DNA of 64,000 nucleotides from an uncultured Planctomycetales bacterium (GCA_964583975.1 CAZOXU010000010.1:9779-73778); one strand, 5' to 3'. Counted from the first letter of the stretch, positions 45,130 through 56,307 are shown. Numbers and translations: made by a program. Notes: generated from the sequence alone by a model not told the origin.

Positions 45130-46137
45130 ATGTCAGTATTCATAACTCCCATCCTTATCGCAATCATATTGATTCAATCCTCAGATGTTTTTGCAGCCGC
45201 AGCCGCGGTTGCTAAGCGCAAACAGGCCATGCAACAAGCCCAAATGCAACAGGAACAGCAAGCCATCCAAGAAGCCATGATCCATCAGTATCAACAAGCA
45301 CAGCAGCAAGCCCAAGCCCAACAAATTGCCCAGTATCAGGCTGCTCAAGTCCAAGCCCAACAACAGGCGATTGCACAATATCAGCAAGCCCAAATGCAAG
45401 CCCAGATCCAACAGATGGTGATGCAAGCCAGGCAAGAACAAATGAAAGAAATAGGCCAGGCCGTGGCCCAAGCGCAACAGCAAGCCATGATTGCCGCCAT
45501 CCGAGCTAAACAGCAACAACAAATTGATTATTCTAATGCCCAGCAAGTAGCGATGGTCAGTACCTATATGAAACAGTACCAAGAAGCCATGATGGCTGAA
45601 GCTGTGAAGCAAAAAATAACCTTAGATGCAGCTCAAAGAGAACAAATGGAACAAGTCATCAGGGCCCAAGCTGAGGCAGCTGCCGTTCAAGCGATGCAAG
45701 CCAAGGCCCAAGCTCAAACCTTTGCTGCGGGAGCAGCCGCCTCTCAAATGATGCCAGGCTTTGATCCGTTGGGAACCGATCCTGTGGCTGATGAAGTGGA
45801 TATTGCTGATGTATGGAAACGCTTAGATACTGATAGCCGTGCATGGGCTTTATTGATTGATAATCAAGCTAAGGTGGCTACCATCTCTGAATTTGTCGAT
45901 CGCTTTGCCAAAACAGGCGTCAAAATTAGTAAATCACCGATTGAGTATGTTCAAGTCATTGATCAAATGGCACTGCAAAACCCTTCTCTTTTGAAAAACC
46001 CATTCAAAAATTTGTTACAATTAGCTGCAATCATGGAATATGATTTTGATAATGGTACAGACAAAGATACTTTAGCAAGAAAATTCCTTGGATCACAATT
46101 GTATGAAGCCAACAAAAAAAGATTCACCCAAAAATAA
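45130..46137 (+). CDS. secreted Gln/Ala-rich low-complexity coiled-coil protein with a C-terminal globular domain
   Basis: 335 aa with a signal peptide. Roughly 200 aa are degenerate Q/A repeats (QQAQMQAQ, IAQYQ), followed by a non-repetitive roughly 130 aa C-terminus. Confidence 0.55.
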   Translation: MSVFITPILIAIILIQSSDVFAAAAAVAKRKQAMQQAQMQQEQQAIQEAMIHQYQQAQQQAQAQQIAQYQAAQVQAQQQAIAQYQQAQMQAQIQQMVMQARQEQMKEIGQAVAQAQQQAMIAAIRAKQQQQIDYSNAQQVAMVSTYMKQYQEAMMAEAVKQKITLDAAQREQMEQVIRAQAEAAAVQAMQAKAQAQTFAAGAAASQMMPGFDPLGTDPVADEVDIADVWKRLDTDSRAWALLIDNQAKVATISEFVDRFAKTGVKISKSPIEYVQVIDQMALQNPSLLKNPFKNLLQLAAIMEYDFDNGTDKDTLARKFLGSQLYEANKKRFTQK

Positions 46138-47608
46138 TTACATTTTAGCCTTAGACCAAGGGACTACTGGATCACGCTGCTTTATCTTTGATGGCAAGGG
46201 GCAAGTCGTAGGACAAGCCTATCAAGAATTTACCCAATACTTTCCAAAGCCTGGTTGGGTCGAGCATGATGCTGAGGAGATTTGGCGTAGCGTGTGTGCG
46301 GTCATCAAAAAGGCCGTTGCTTCCTCTAAAATCAATCCAAGCTATATTCGAGCGATCGGAATCACCAATCAACGAGAAACCGTGGTGCTGTGGGATAGAG
46401 TCACTCATCGACCATTGACTCGCGCCATTGTCTGGCAAGATCGACGGACCTCAGAAATTTGTCAGCGACTAAAGAAATTTGAACCTAAGGCCCATCGACT
46501 AACAGGTCTGCTATTAGATCCATATTTCTCAGCTACCAAGATTTATTGGGCCTTGCAAAACGTTCGAGGACTTCGTGCCAAAGCCGCCCGATCCCAGGTA
46601 GCCTTCGGAACCATTGACAGTTGGTTGATCTATAAGCTAACAGGAGGCCAGTCGCATGCAACCGACATGACCAATGCTTCTCGAACTCTCATTTTTGACA
46701 TCACTAAACGGCAATGGTCGAGCGAGCTTCTAAAAATATTTGGCATTCCAAAGAATATATTGCCCAAGGTGCTGCCTTCGGGATCATTATTTGGTGAGAC
46801 TTCAAAGGTTTCTGTATTGCCTGATGGAATTCCCATCATGGCGGTCATGGGTGATCAACAAGCAGCTTTATATGGCCAAGGTTGTTTTACAGCAGGGACG
46901 ATTAAAAATACATACGGCACAGGATGTTTCATGGTTTTAAATACGGCGAAGAAAAAGGTCATTTCTCATAAAGGTCTTTTAACCACTATTGCCTGTGATA
47001 TGCAAGGCAAACCCGTGTATGCTTTAGAAGGATCAGTATTTATCGCCGGCGCTGTGATCCAGTGGTTGCGCGATCAATTAAAAGCGATTCCAAGTTCTGC
47101 GGCCGCGGATAAGGAGATTAAGGGGCTAAGCGATAATCACGGCGTCTATTTTGTGCCTGCCTTTGTTGGGTTAGGCGCACCTTATTGGGATGCGCAAGCC
47201 AGAGGTCTTATTACAGGTCTAACAAGAGGAAGTAATGTTAAGCATATTATCCGTGCTGCTCGGGAATCCATGGCGTATCAAACCAAGGATATTTTTGATC
47301 TCATGCAAAAGGAATCAGGCCTTAAAATTAAGTCTCTGGATGTTGGTGGTGGTGCAACCCAAAGCGACTTTCTTATGCAGTTTCAGGCAGACATTTTGTC
47401 GATTAATATTGTTCGTCCCCGGATGGTTGACTCGACCGTTGCTGGCGTTGGCCATTTAGCAGGAGTCAAAGCAGGGCTTTGGAATGCCAAAGATCTTCAG
47501 AGGATGCGAGGAGCCAGTCAAACATTTAAACCTCGGATGAATAAAACAACGGCCAATCAATTTTATCAAGGATGGCAACGAGCTGTCCGTCAAGCGCAGG
47601 TCCAATAA
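46103..47608 (+). CDS. glpK: glycerol kinase
   Basis: FGGY kinase N-terminus (YILALDQGTTGSR) and full-length conservation. Start set to MKPTKK. It overlaps the previous ORF by about 35 nt. Confidence 0.9.
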   Translation: MKPTKKDSPKNNYILALDQGTTGSRCFIFDGKGQVVGQAYQEFTQYFPKPGWVEHDAEEIWRSVCAVIKKAVASSKINPSYIRAIGITNQRETVVLWDRVTHRPLTRAIVWQDRRTSEICQRLKKFEPKAHRLTGLLLDPYFSATKIYWALQNVRGLRAKAARSQVAFGTIDSWLIYKLTGGQSHATDMTNASRTLIFDITKRQWSSELLKIFGIPKNILPKVLPSGSLFGETSKVSVLPDGIPIMAVMGDQQAALYGQGCFTAGTIKNTYGTGCFMVLNTAKKKVISHKGLLTTIACDMQGKPVYALEGSVFIAGAVIQWLRDQLKAIPSSAAADKEIKGLSDNHGVYFVPAFVGLGAPYWDAQARGLITGLTRGSNVKHIIRAARESMAYQTKDIFDLMQKESGLKIKSLDVGGGATQSDFLMQFQADILSINIVRPRMVDSTVAGVGHLAGVKAGLWNAKDLQRMRGASQTFKPRMNKTTANQFYQGWQRAVRQAQVQ

Positions 47609-47621
47609 ATAACAAAATCTG

Positions 47622-49133
47622 ATGATTCGCGATCTTACTCGTTTTAAAAATACTGTTTATGATCTACTGGTGATCGGTGGTGGCATTAATGGAGCTGCCA
47701 TTGCCTATCAAGCGGCCCAGGCGGGAGCCAAGGTGGCATTGGTAGAGAAAAGTGATTTTGCATCTGGCACATCAAGTAAATCTTCCAAGTTGCTGCACGG
47801 AGGTATCCGCTATCTCGAAAATCTTGAATTTGATTTAGTTCAAGAAGCCCTCAAAGAACGGTTCATTCAATATCAAAACGCCCCTCATTTAGTTAAGCCC
47901 ATGACATTTGTCATTCCCGTTTATAAAAAGGACGCACGTCCGTTGTGGATGATGCGCATAGGAGTTTGGTTGTACGATGTGTTAAGTGGCAAGTATAGCT
48001 TAGGCGTACGTCAGAGTTTAAGTGTCGAGCAAATTACCAATATTGCCCCAGGGATCAAAAAAGAAGGCTTGGTCGGTGGAGTCTCTTATTGGGATGCGCA
48101 GATGGATGATACGCGTATTTGTTTGGAGAATGCTTTAATGGCTGATCTGAAAGGTGCTCATGTGGCTAATCATACAGAAGCGCTCGAGCTTTTAAAAGAA
48201 AACACCAGGTGTATTGGTGTGCGAGCCCGCGATGTATTGACCGGCCATGTTTTCGATATTCGGGCCAAGAAGGTTTTGGCAACAGCCGGCCCTTGGACCG
48301 ACCAGGTTTTATTAAAAGATTCAACCAAGAATCAAACATGTCTACGTCCTACCAAAGGCGTTCACATTCTTTATAAAGGAACCATTTCTGATCGGGCTTT
48401 CTTATTGCAGTCTTCCTCGGATAAGCGTATTTTCTTTGTCATTCCTTTTAAAGGTAACACGCTTATTGGAACCACCGATACTGATTACAAAGGCCGGCCA
48501 GATGATGTGCAGGTAGGTCAAGAAGACGTTACGTATTTGTTAAAAGAAGCGGCGCGTGTTTTTCCACAAGTTGAATTTAAAAAAGAAAATATTATTACGA
48601 CCTTTGCGGGTTTGAGGCCGTTGGCCTATGAACGTGGCCAGCCTTCGAAAGTTTCAAGAAAACACATTATTGATAAGACATTTTCAGGCCTATGGTATCT
48701 GGTAGGGGGTAAATATACAACCTATCGCGCTATTGCGCTCGAGAGTATCGCTAAAATATTGCCAGAGTTTAGTGGGCGATTAGCACCTTCAGAAGAATAC
48801 CCTTTGTATGGGAGCGGTGAAACCCAGACAGATATTAAAGGAGCAGCTACGCGTTTTGGGGTCGAAGCACAGATAGTATCTTACTTAATTTCTTTTTACG
48901 GCAGTCGCTACTGGGATGTTTTAAAACTGATCGATGAAGATTCTTCTTTGAGAGTAAAACTTTGCGACTGCTCACTAGCAATCCGTGCTCAAGTGGCTTA
49001 TGCCTGCAAGGTTGAAATGGCCAAGACCATCGATGATGTTTATACCCGTCGCTTAGAGCTACAGTATAATGATTGCTCCTCGCATCAATGTCGCAAGAAT
49101 GTCGAAGATGTTTTTAAAACCTATGCCTCTTGA
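47622..49133 (+). CDS. glpD: FAD-dependent glycerol-3-phosphate dehydrogenase
   Basis: 503 aa with an N-terminal FAD motif (VIGGGINGAAIA); GlpD family. Confidence 0.88.
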   Translation: MIRDLTRFKNTVYDLLVIGGGINGAAIAYQAAQAGAKVALVEKSDFASGTSSKSSKLLHGGIRYLENLEFDLVQEALKERFIQYQNAPHLVKPMTFVIPVYKKDARPLWMMRIGVWLYDVLSGKYSLGVRQSLSVEQITNIAPGIKKEGLVGGVSYWDAQMDDTRICLENALMADLKGAHVANHTEALELLKENTRCIGVRARDVLTGHVFDIRAKKVLATAGPWTDQVLLKDSTKNQTCLRPTKGVHILYKGTISDRAFLLQSSSDKRIFFVIPFKGNTLIGTTDTDYKGRPDDVQVGQEDVTYLLKEAARVFPQVEFKKENIITTFAGLRPLAYERGQPSKVSRKHIIDKTFSGLWYLVGGKYTTYRAIALESIAKILPEFSGRLAPSEEYPLYGSGETQTDIKGAATRFGVEAQIVSYLISFYGSRYWDVLKLIDEDSSLRVKLCDCSLAIRAQVAYACKVEMAKTIDDVYTRRLELQYNDCSSHQCRKNVEDVFKTYAS

Positions 49134-50073
49134 TTCTGTCATCCTCAAAACACTTAAAACCGCCCTTAGTCGAAGAGAACCTTTAAGAAAAATAACCAAT
49201 GCTATCCGTTTGGTCAATGGTCGAGGTGATGGTTTAGAGGGTTTAATTTTAGAACAATACGATAAACATTTTTTGGCGCAGGTCTTAGATCGACGCTGGG
49301 TTGCACAAGCAGAAGCTTTGAAAAGTTTTCTAGTAGAGAGTTTTCCAGTCGAATATTTTATTCTCAAAGACCGAACGCAAAGCACAGCTTCTCAAGCCGA
49401 TGGCTTTAAATCTCATGTTCTTTTAGGATCATCAAGCCAAGCCGTTATTAGTGAAAATGGTTTAAACTTTGCTGTTGATTTAAATGATGGTCTAAATACC
49501 GGCTTATTTTTAGACATGCGTGCTAATCGCAAGCTAGTAGGTCAGCACTGTAAGGCCAAGCGTGTGTTGAATTGTTTTGCTTACACATGTTCATTTGGCG
49601 TGTATGCCAAAGCCGCAGGCGCCAGCAGCACGGTCAATGTGGATATTAGCAAAAAGGTTTTAAATCGAGGTCTGCAGAATTACCAACTTAATAGCTTCCA
49701 AGAGGACAAGGGAGATTTTATGAAGGCTGATGCTGTTCAATACCTGCAGGTGGCTGTTAAAAAAGACAACCGTTTTGATGTGATCGTCATCGATCCTCCT
49801 TCTTTTGCTCGTGTGGAAGGCAAGGTTTTCAATGTGGCCAAGGCTTTGCCTGTTTTAATAAGTCACGCCCTGCATATTTTAAATGAAGGCGGTCGATTGT
49901 TTATATCGACGAATTTCAGTGGTCTTTCTTATCTGCAACTAGAACAAATGCTTAAGGATTTAAAGACCATTAGAGCTTATAAGAAGATTTCACGTTGTGG
50001 GCAAGATCAAGATTTTGTAGGCAGCGGCTCGAGCAAAGAAAGCTATCTGGCTGCCTTGTGGGTTGAATATTAG
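49123..50073 (+). CDS. class I SAM-dependent RNA methyltransferase (RlmI/RlmK-like)
   Basis: SAM-binding fold (VLNCFAYTCSFGV ... IVIDPPSF). Start trimmed to MPLDSV. Overlaps the glpD stop. Confidence 0.7.
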   Translation: MPLDSVILKTLKTALSRREPLRKITNAIRLVNGRGDGLEGLILEQYDKHFLAQVLDRRWVAQAEALKSFLVESFPVEYFILKDRTQSTASQADGFKSHVLLGSSSQAVISENGLNFAVDLNDGLNTGLFLDMRANRKLVGQHCKAKRVLNCFAYTCSFGVYAKAAGASSTVNVDISKKVLNRGLQNYQLNSFQEDKGDFMKADAVQYLQVAVKKDNRFDVIVIDPPSFARVEGKVFNVAKALPVLISHALHILNEGGRLFISTNFSGLSYLQLEQMLKDLKTIRAYKKISRCGQDQDFVGSGSSKESYLAALWVEY

Positions 50074-50124
50074 AGGGGATTACACTATAATGCCTCAAAT
50101 CTTAAACGAGAAAAAGGAGAATGT

Positions 50125-50505
50125 ATGACTAAGAAAATCATTAAAACTGACAAAGCAGCTTTGCCTGTAGGTCCGTACAATCAGGCTGTTGTTATAGGAA
50201 ATCTTATCTACACGGCTGGACAAATTCCTTTAGACCCACAAGGCAATATGGTGGCTGGTGGGGTTAAAGAACAAACCGAACAGGTGATTGCTAACTTAAA
50301 AGCAGTGCTTGAGCATGCAGGATCCTCGCTAGACAAGATTGTCAAGGCTACTGTATTTATGAAAGATCTTAATGATTTTGCTGGAATGAACGAAGTTTAT
50401 GGCAAGTATTTTAAGAACGAAACAGCCCCTGCTCGTTCAACCTTGCAAGTCGCCCGAATTCCTAAGGATTCCTTGGTTGAAATTGAAGTCGTTGCCTATA
50501 TCTAA
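50125..50505 (+). CDS. ridA: RidA/YjgF family reactive-intermediate deaminase
   Basis: 126 aa with YjgF signature regions (PVGPYNQAV, PARSTLQVARIP). AAAGGAG RBS. Confidence 0.88.
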   Translation: MTKKIIKTDKAALPVGPYNQAVVIGNLIYTAGQIPLDPQGNMVAGGVKEQTEQVIANLKAVLEHAGSSLDKIVKATVFMKDLNDFAGMNEVYGKYFKNETAPARSTLQVARIPKDSLVEIEVVAYI

Positions 50506-50516
50506 AAAGGAGTCAC

Positions 50517-51083
50517 ATGAGAATTTTTGTTCTTTGTATTATTGTTTTTGTTGTTTTAATTCAAGGTTTTTCCAAAGTGAGAGCAGAAAATATGCCACAA
50601 ACCAACAGTATCTATGATTTTGCCGTTAAAACCATTGATGATAAAGACAAATGGTTAGCAGATTATAAGGGTAAGGTTCTTTTGATTGTTAACACGGCCT
50701 CTCGCTGTGGATTTACGCCACAGTACAAAGGTCTTGAGGCCGTTTATAGGGAGTATAAGGACAAGGGTTTTGAAGTTTTGGCCTTTCCTTCCAATGATTT
50801 TATGGGCCAAGAGCCAGGGAATAATACAGAGATCAAAAATTTCTGTGAACTCAAATTCCATACGACCTTTCCGTTATTTTCAAAGATTAAAGTGAAAGGT
50901 TCCGAGGCTGCCCCGCTGTATCAATATCTGACAAACTTAAAGGAGTTTAAAGGGGATATTAGCTGGAATTTTAATAAGTTTTTGGTCGATCAAAAAGGCC
51001 AGGTGGTGGCTCGTTATGGTTCTAATGTCGACCCGCAGTCGCAAGAAATTCTTAGCAAAATCAAGTCGCTCTTAGCTCCTTAA
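50517..51083 (+). CDS. gpx: glutathione peroxidase family protein (Cys-type), secreted
   Basis: Signal peptide, then GPx motifs (NTASRCGFT, LAFPSNDFMGQEPG, WNFNKFLV). Confidence 0.85.
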   Translation: MRIFVLCIIVFVVLIQGFSKVRAENMPQTNSIYDFAVKTIDDKDKWLADYKGKVLLIVNTASRCGFTPQYKGLEAVYREYKDKGFEVLAFPSNDFMGQEPGNNTEIKNFCELKFHTTFPLFSKIKVKGSEAAPLYQYLTNLKEFKGDISWNFNKFLVDQKGQVVARYGSNVDPQSQEILSKIKSLLAP

Positions 51084-51088
51084 GGCTC

Positions 51089-51293
51089 ATGTTAAAATGG
51101 CCAACCAGCTTATGTAGCCGTAGACGGGACTATTTATGATTTAACCGAAAGCCGGCTTTGGCGTGGAGGCTTTCATGATCCTTCTGAAGGCCGTGCCCGT
51201 GCAGGAAAAGATTTAAGTAAGCTGATAAAGAAATCACCGCATGGGAAGAAAAATTTAGCCAGATTTCCCATAGTAGGTCGGCTATCTGATTAA
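51089..51293 (+). pseudogene. possible frameshifted cytochrome b5-like heme/steroid-binding small protein
   Basis: The frame 51096-51293 encodes NGQPAYVAVDGTIYDLTESRLWRGGFHDPSEGRARAGKDLSKLIKKSPHGKKNLARFPIVGRLSD, which resembles the cytochrome b5-like domain but has no in-frame start. The ATG at 51089 is in the +1 frame. Removing one A from the AAAA run at 51094-51097 would give MLNGQPAYV... as a continuous 67 aa ORF. Confidence 0.35.
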
Positions 51294-51395
51294 CAGACTT
51301 GTTTTCTTCTCGATGAGCAGCTATACTTACAGTATAATCAGCTAGACCCCATTGAAGCACGAGTAGGTAGAAAAACGAACTCTTTAAAAGAAAGA

Positions 51396-51779
51396 ATGCT
51401 TATGGCGCAAGCCAAAACAGTCCTTTTTATTGATGATAATCCAGTCGATAGAACGCTAATCGAGCGTCTTTTGTTGAAACACGAATTCAATGTTCTATTG
51501 GCCTCTAATGCCAAAGATGGACTTGATCTTGCCCAAGAACATATCCCAGACTTGATTCTTTTAGATATCCTTTTACCAGGGATTAGCGGGATCGAAGTTA
51601 GCAAAAAGCTTAAAAACAAACAAGAAACCTGTACGATCCCCATTATTTTCTACACCAGTATTGATACCCCCAAACACCTAATCGACTATGAATCATATGG
51701 TGCGGTGGATTATATTCAAAAGACCGACCCCCCTGAAGTTTTAATTAAGCATATTGAATACGCTTTAGGCATACAGTAG
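51396..51779 (+). CDS. single-domain response regulator (CheY-like receiver)
   Basis: 127 aa REC domain with a phospho-acceptor Asp context (LILLDILLPG) and conserved T/K positions. Confidence 0.8.
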   Translation: MLMAQAKTVLFIDDNPVDRTLIERLLLKHEFNVLLASNAKDGLDLAQEHIPDLILLDILLPGISGIEVSKKLKNKQETCTIPIIFYTSIDTPKHLIDYESYGAVDYIQKTDPPEVLIKHIEYALGIQ

Positions 51780-51807
51780 CGACGGGAAATAGTCTTAAGC
51801 ATTTCGC

Positions 51808-51836
51808 TTGACAACCCCATAGGCTTCGATTATATT
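51808..51836 (+). promoter_or_regulatory. sigma70 consensus-like promoter upstream of carA (TTGACA-17-TATATT)
   Basis: TTGACA at 51808-51813 and TATATT at 51831-51836. The leader contains the hairpin TTTAAGG-gcgac-CCTTAAA. Confidence 0.55.
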
Positions 51837-51908
51837 GTACCAGGCTTTAAGGGCGACCTTAAATCCCACCAAAGCATTTTTCCACGACATTTTTAAGCAT
51901 TAGGATTC

Positions 51909-53000
51909 ATGAAAGAGGCCATACTATATCTGCAGGACGGCACTACTTTCCGGGGCCGAACACTTCAAACTACCGGAGAAACACACGGTGAAGCTGTCTT
52001 TAATACAGCTTTAACCGGTTATCAAGAAGTTCTCACCGATCCATCTTATAGCGGCCAAATTGTAGTCATGACCTATCCTTTAATTGGTAACTATGGCATT
52101 AATGACCAAGACAACGAATCAGATGCGGTACATGTCAAAGGCTTTGTAGTCAAAGAATTCTGCCGCCGACCATCCAACTGGCGCTCGAAAAAAAGCATCA
52201 TCGAATATCTGAATGAACATAATATCCTGGCGATTGAAGGGGTTGATACACGCGCCCTGACCCGCCATTTAAGGCTTTCGGGAGCCATGAAAGCCATTAT
52301 TTCCACCGAAGATTTTGATCCTAAAGTCCTTAAGGCTAAGCTAGATGCCACACCTTCCATGGAAGGGGCTGATTTAGTTAAAGATGTCACCACCTCGAAA
52401 AAGTATGTATGGAAAGCCAAGGGCCTTAGACGTTATAAGGTGGCTGCCATTGATTGCGGTATTAAGTGGAATATTTTGCGTATCTTGGCGGATTTAGGCT
52501 GTGAAACTCATGTTTTTCCTGCCACGGTTACTTTTAAAGAAATCATGAAAATGAAGCCTGATGGTCTGTTTTTATCCAATGGCCCAGGTGATCCAGCTGT
52601 TGTTACATATGTTGTAGATACCGTCAAAGAATCTTTAGGTAAAATTCCTACCTTTGGGATTTGTTTAGGTAATCAGATTTTGGGCTTGGCGTTAGGTGGT
52701 CAGACTTATAAATTAAAATTTGGCCATCACGGAGCCAATCATCCAGTTAAAGACTTTGAAGGCAATCACATCAGCATTACCTCCCAAAACCATGGGTTTT
52801 GTGTCAATATCGATAGCCTTAACCAAGATGAAATCGAAGTTATTCATACCAATTTGAATGATCACAGTGTCGAAGGTATCCGACATAAGAAATATCCAGC
52901 GTTTTCGATCCAGTATCACCCCGAAGCAGCGCCTGGTCCACGCGATGCCAAATATTTATTTGAACAGTTTATTGCCATGATGGAGAAGAGTAAAACCTAA
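51909..53000 (+). CDS. carA: carbamoyl-phosphate synthase small subunit
   Basis: 363 aa with a GATase1 catalytic Cys (GICLGNQ) and a CPSase small-chain N-domain. Confidence 0.93.
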   Translation: MKEAILYLQDGTTFRGRTLQTTGETHGEAVFNTALTGYQEVLTDPSYSGQIVVMTYPLIGNYGINDQDNESDAVHVKGFVVKEFCRRPSNWRSKKSIIEYLNEHNILAIEGVDTRALTRHLRLSGAMKAIISTEDFDPKVLKAKLDATPSMEGADLVKDVTTSKKYVWKAKGLRRYKVAAIDCGIKWNILRILADLGCETHVFPATVTFKEIMKMKPDGLFLSNGPGDPAVVTYVVDTVKESLGKIPTFGICLGNQILGLALGGQTYKLKFGHHGANHPVKDFEGNHISITSQNHGFCVNIDSLNQDEIEVIHTNLNDHSVEGIRHKKYPAFSIQYHPEAAPGPRDAKYLFEQFIAMMEKSKT

Positions 53001-56000
53001 TGCCTAAACGTATTGATATAAAGAAGATTTTGATTATTGGAGCAGGACCTATTGTCATCGGTCAGGCGTGTGAATTCGACTATTCAGGCTCACAGGCTTG
53101 TAAGGCCTTGAAGGAAGAGGGCTATGAAGTCATCTTGGTCAATTCTAATCCAGCTACCATCATGACTGACCCAGGCATTGCCGATGGCACCTACGTTGAA
53201 CCTTTAACCCCTGAATTTTTAGAGAAAATTATTCAAAAAGAACGACCTGATGCTATTTTGCCAACCTTAGGTGGTCAGACCGGTTTAAATTTGGCGATGA
53301 AGCTTTATGAAATGGGAATTTTAAAGAAATATGGCGTGGAAATGTTGGGGGCTAAATATGAAGTCATTAAAAAAGCTGAAGACCGTTCAGAGTTTAAAGA
53401 AGCCGCCATCAAGGTTGGCTTAGATCTGCCTAAAAGCGTATTTGCCTATAATCTTGAGGAAGCTAAAAAAGGCGCTGAGGAAATAGGATTTCCTTGCATC
53501 GTGCGTGCTTCGTTTACTTTAGGCGGTACTGGTGGCGGTATTGCCCGTAATATGGAAGATTTTGAACGCATTGCCTCGCTTGGAATCGAAAGCAGCATGA
53601 TCCACGAAATCTTGATTGAAGAATCGATCGAAGGATGGAAAGAATACGAGCTAGAATTGATGCGAGACAGGGCTGATAACGTGGTGATTGTTTGTTCAAT
53701 TGAAAATTTAGATCCAATGGGAGTGCATACGGGAGATAGTATTACAGTGGCTCCTGCTCAGACTTTAACGGATGTTGAATATCAAAACATGCGCGACTGT
53801 TCGATTCGCTTGATTCGTGAAATTGGTGTTGAGACTGGTGGAAGTAATATCCAATTTGCTGTTGATCCTAAAAATGGACGCATGGTAGTTATTGAAATGA
53901 ATCCGCGCGTATCACGTTCCTCGGCGTTGGCTTCTAAAGCTACAGGTTTTCCTATTGCCAAATTTGCAGCGAAATTAGCCGTGGGATACAGCCTCGATGA
54001 AATCCAAAATGATATTACCAAGGAAACCCCAGCCTGCTTCGAGCCAACCATTGATTATGTTGTCACCAAAATCCCACGTTTTACTTTTGAGAAATTCCCT
54101 GAAGCCAAGGATATTCTAGGCGTGCAGATGAAATCCGTGGGTGAAACCATGGCGATCGGCCGTACCTTCAAGGAATCGTTACAAAAGGGTTTGAGAGGTC
54201 TGGAGATTGATCATATCGGCTTGGATAATAAACAAGATGCGCGTTATATCGAGGATGAAAAGATACGCTTGCGTTTAAGTGAACCCAATGCTTCTCGAAT
54301 ATTTTATATCAAGTATGCCTTACAAAAAGGCTATTCAATTGATGATGTGGCTGACATTTCAAAGATTGACGTTTGGTTTATTGATCAAATCTCCCAGATT
54401 TTAGAGTTGGAGGAAGAATTAAAAGCTGTTGTAGCATCTACAGGGACATTAAGCCCTTCGTTATTAAGAAAAGCAAAAGAATATGGATTCTCGGATGCCC
54501 AGCTCGCGGAGATCTTGGATAAAAGCGAAAACGATGTGCGCCAATGGCGTAAAGAACAAGGCATTGTAGCAACTTTTAAAGTGGTTGATACCTGTGCTGC
54601 AGAGTTTGAAGCCTACACACCATATTATTATTCAACCTATGAAACTGAAGATGAAGCCATCATCAATAATAAGAATCGTCGTTCTAAAAAGAAGAAAATT
54701 ATGATCTTAGGTGGTGGCCCAAATCGCATTGGTCAGGGAATTGAATTTGATTACTGCTGCTGCCATGCTTCATTTGCTTTGAAGGAGATGGGCTTTGAAA
54801 CGATCATGGTCAACTCTAACCCTGAGACAGTGTCGACCGACTATGACACTTCAGATCGTTTGTACTTTGAACCTTTGACCTTTGAAGATGTGATGAATAT
54901 TTATGATGTGGAACAACCTGATGGTGTGATTGTGCAGTTTGGCGGTCAGACACCTTTGAATCTGGCTCGACGCCTCAACCAAGCAGGGGTTCCGATCATT
55001 GGGACGTCGGTTGATTCAATTGATGTGGCTGAGAATCGCGAACATTTCTCCAAACTGATTAATGAATTGGGGATTGATCAGCCAGCTAATTCTTCAACAA
55101 CTTCCAAAGATGAAACATTGACTCAAGCTGCCAAAATTGGTTATCCGGTGCTGGTGCGACCTTCGTATGTTCTAGGTGGCCGGGCCATGCGTATTGTTTA
55201 CGATGAAGAATCTTTAAAGTCATTCTTGGATGAAGTCCACAGCGTGTCTCGAGGGCATCCAGTACTGATTGATAAATTCTTGGAAGATGCCCAGGAAGTT
55301 GATGTGGATGCGATCTGTGATGGCGAGGATGTATATATTGGTGGAGTCATGGAACATATTGAGAATGCGGGAATCCATTCCGGCGATTCAGCTTGCGTAT
55401 TGCCACCATATACGTTGCGTGAAGAGATTGTGGAAGAAATCAAGAAGCATACGGTTCGTTTAGCCAAGGCCTTAAAAGTCATTGGGCTTTTAAATATCCA
55501 ATTTGCTGTCAAAGGCTCCAAGGTCTATGTTTTAGAAGTTAATCCGCGCGCTTCACGTACATCACCATTTGTTTCTAAAGCCACAGGCATTTCTTTACCT
55601 AAGATTGCAGCTCAGATCATGGCCGGTAAAAAATTAAAGAATTTTCAACTTCCTAATGCGGATGACCTTAAGTATTTTTGTGTCAAAGAATCTGTGTTAC
55701 CGTTTAGCCGTTTCTCAGGGGTGGACATCATTTTAGGCCCTGAAATGAAATCAACCGGGGAAGTCATGGGAATTGCCAATACATTTGGGGCTGCGTTTGC
55801 TAAATCGCAAATGGCTGCCAACCAAGCCCTTCCTAAACACGGAACAGCTTTCATCAGCGTGAACGATTCGGATAAACGCCATGTGACCATGGTGGCCCAA
55901 AAATTAGCTGAATTGGATTTTAAAATTCTAGCCACCAAGGGAACAGCCAAGGTGTTGCGAGAAAACGGTATTGAGGTAGCGGTCGTAGATAAACATCATG

Positions 56001-56305
56001 AAGGTCAGAATAATGCCTTGACGCTTATTAAGAAAAATGAGATAAATCTAATTATCAATACGCCATCTGGAAAGAAAAGCCAGTCAGATATGCGGTCAAT
56101 AAGGGCAGCGTCGATTTTGCACAATATTCCTTGTATTACAACCTTGCAAGGAGCTTGGGCAGCAGTTTACGGAATCGAAGCCTCGTTGAAAGAAGAATTC
56201 ACCGTTGAGTCGTTGCAAAATTTATATCAATCTAATTCTGCTGTTCCTGCCCTGCCTCGCCGGGAGGCGGGCGACAAACAGGGGCGGGATAGCCTGAAAG
56301 TTTAA
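53000..56305 (+). CDS. carB: carbamoyl-phosphate synthase large subunit
   Basis: 1101 aa with duplicated ATP-grasp halves and an MGS-like C-terminus. Highly conserved N-terminus ([33 protein letters not shown]). Confidence 0.95.
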   Translation: MPKRIDIKKILIIGAGPIVIGQACEFDYSGSQACKALKEEGYEVILVNSNPATIMTDPGIADGTYVEPLTPEFLEKIIQKERPDAILPTLGGQTGLNLAMKLYEMGILKKYGVEMLGAKYEVIKKAEDRSEFKEAAIKVGLDLPKSVFAYNLEEAKKGAEEIGFPCIVRASFTLGGTGGGIARNMEDFERIASLGIESSMIHEILIEESIEGWKEYELELMRDRADNVVIVCSIENLDPMGVHTGDSITVAPAQTLTDVEYQNMRDCSIRLIREIGVETGGSNIQFAVDPKNGRMVVIEMNPRVSRSSALASKATGFPIAKFAAKLAVGYSLDEIQNDITKETPACFEPTIDYVVTKIPRFTFEKFPEAKDILGVQMKSVGETMAIGRTFKESLQKGLRGLEIDHIGLDNKQDARYIEDEKIRLRLSEPNASRIFYIKYALQKGYSIDDVADISKIDVWFIDQISQILELEEELKAVVASTGTLSPSLLRKAKEYGFSDAQLAEILDKSENDVRQWRKEQGIVATFKVVDTCAAEFEAYTPYYYSTYETEDEAIINNKNRRSKKKKIMILGGGPNRIGQGIEFDYCCCHASFALKEMGFETIMVNSNPETVSTDYDTSDRLYFEPLTFEDVMNIYDVEQPDGVIVQFGGQTPLNLARRLNQAGVPIIGTSVDSIDVAENREHFSKLINELGIDQPANSSTTSKDETLTQAAKIGYPVLVRPSYVLGGRAMRIVYDEESLKSFLDEVHSVSRGHPVLIDKFLEDAQEVDVDAICDGEDVYIGGVMEHIENAGIHSGDSACVLPPYTLREEIVEEIKKHTVRLAKALKVIGLLNIQFAVKGSKVYVLEVNPRASRTSPFVSKATGISLPKIAAQIMAGKKLKNFQLPNADDLKYFCVKESVLPFSRFSGVDIILGPEMKSTGEVMGIANTFGAAFAKSQMAANQALPKHGTAFISVNDSDKRHVTMVAQKLAELDFKILATKGTAKVLRENGIEVAVVDKHHEGQNNALTLIKKNEINLIINTPSGKKSQSDMRSIRAASILHNIPCITTLQGAWAAVYGIEASLKEEFTVESLQNLYQSNSAVPALPRREAGDKQGRDSLKV

Positions 56306-56307
56306 TT

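Noticed and set aside
45181-45612. 143 aa minus-strand ORF rich in Leu/His/Gly
   Set aside because: It is the antisense reading of the Q/A-rich repeat region. Low-complexity repeats generate long open frames on both strands, and the + strand protein has a signal peptide and a globular tail.
51130-51643. Minus-strand ORFs 51130..51360 and 51338..51643
   Set aside because: They are antisense to the cytochrome b5-like frame and to the start of the receiver-domain gene. There is no homology and there are no RBSs. The + strand interpretations are better supported.
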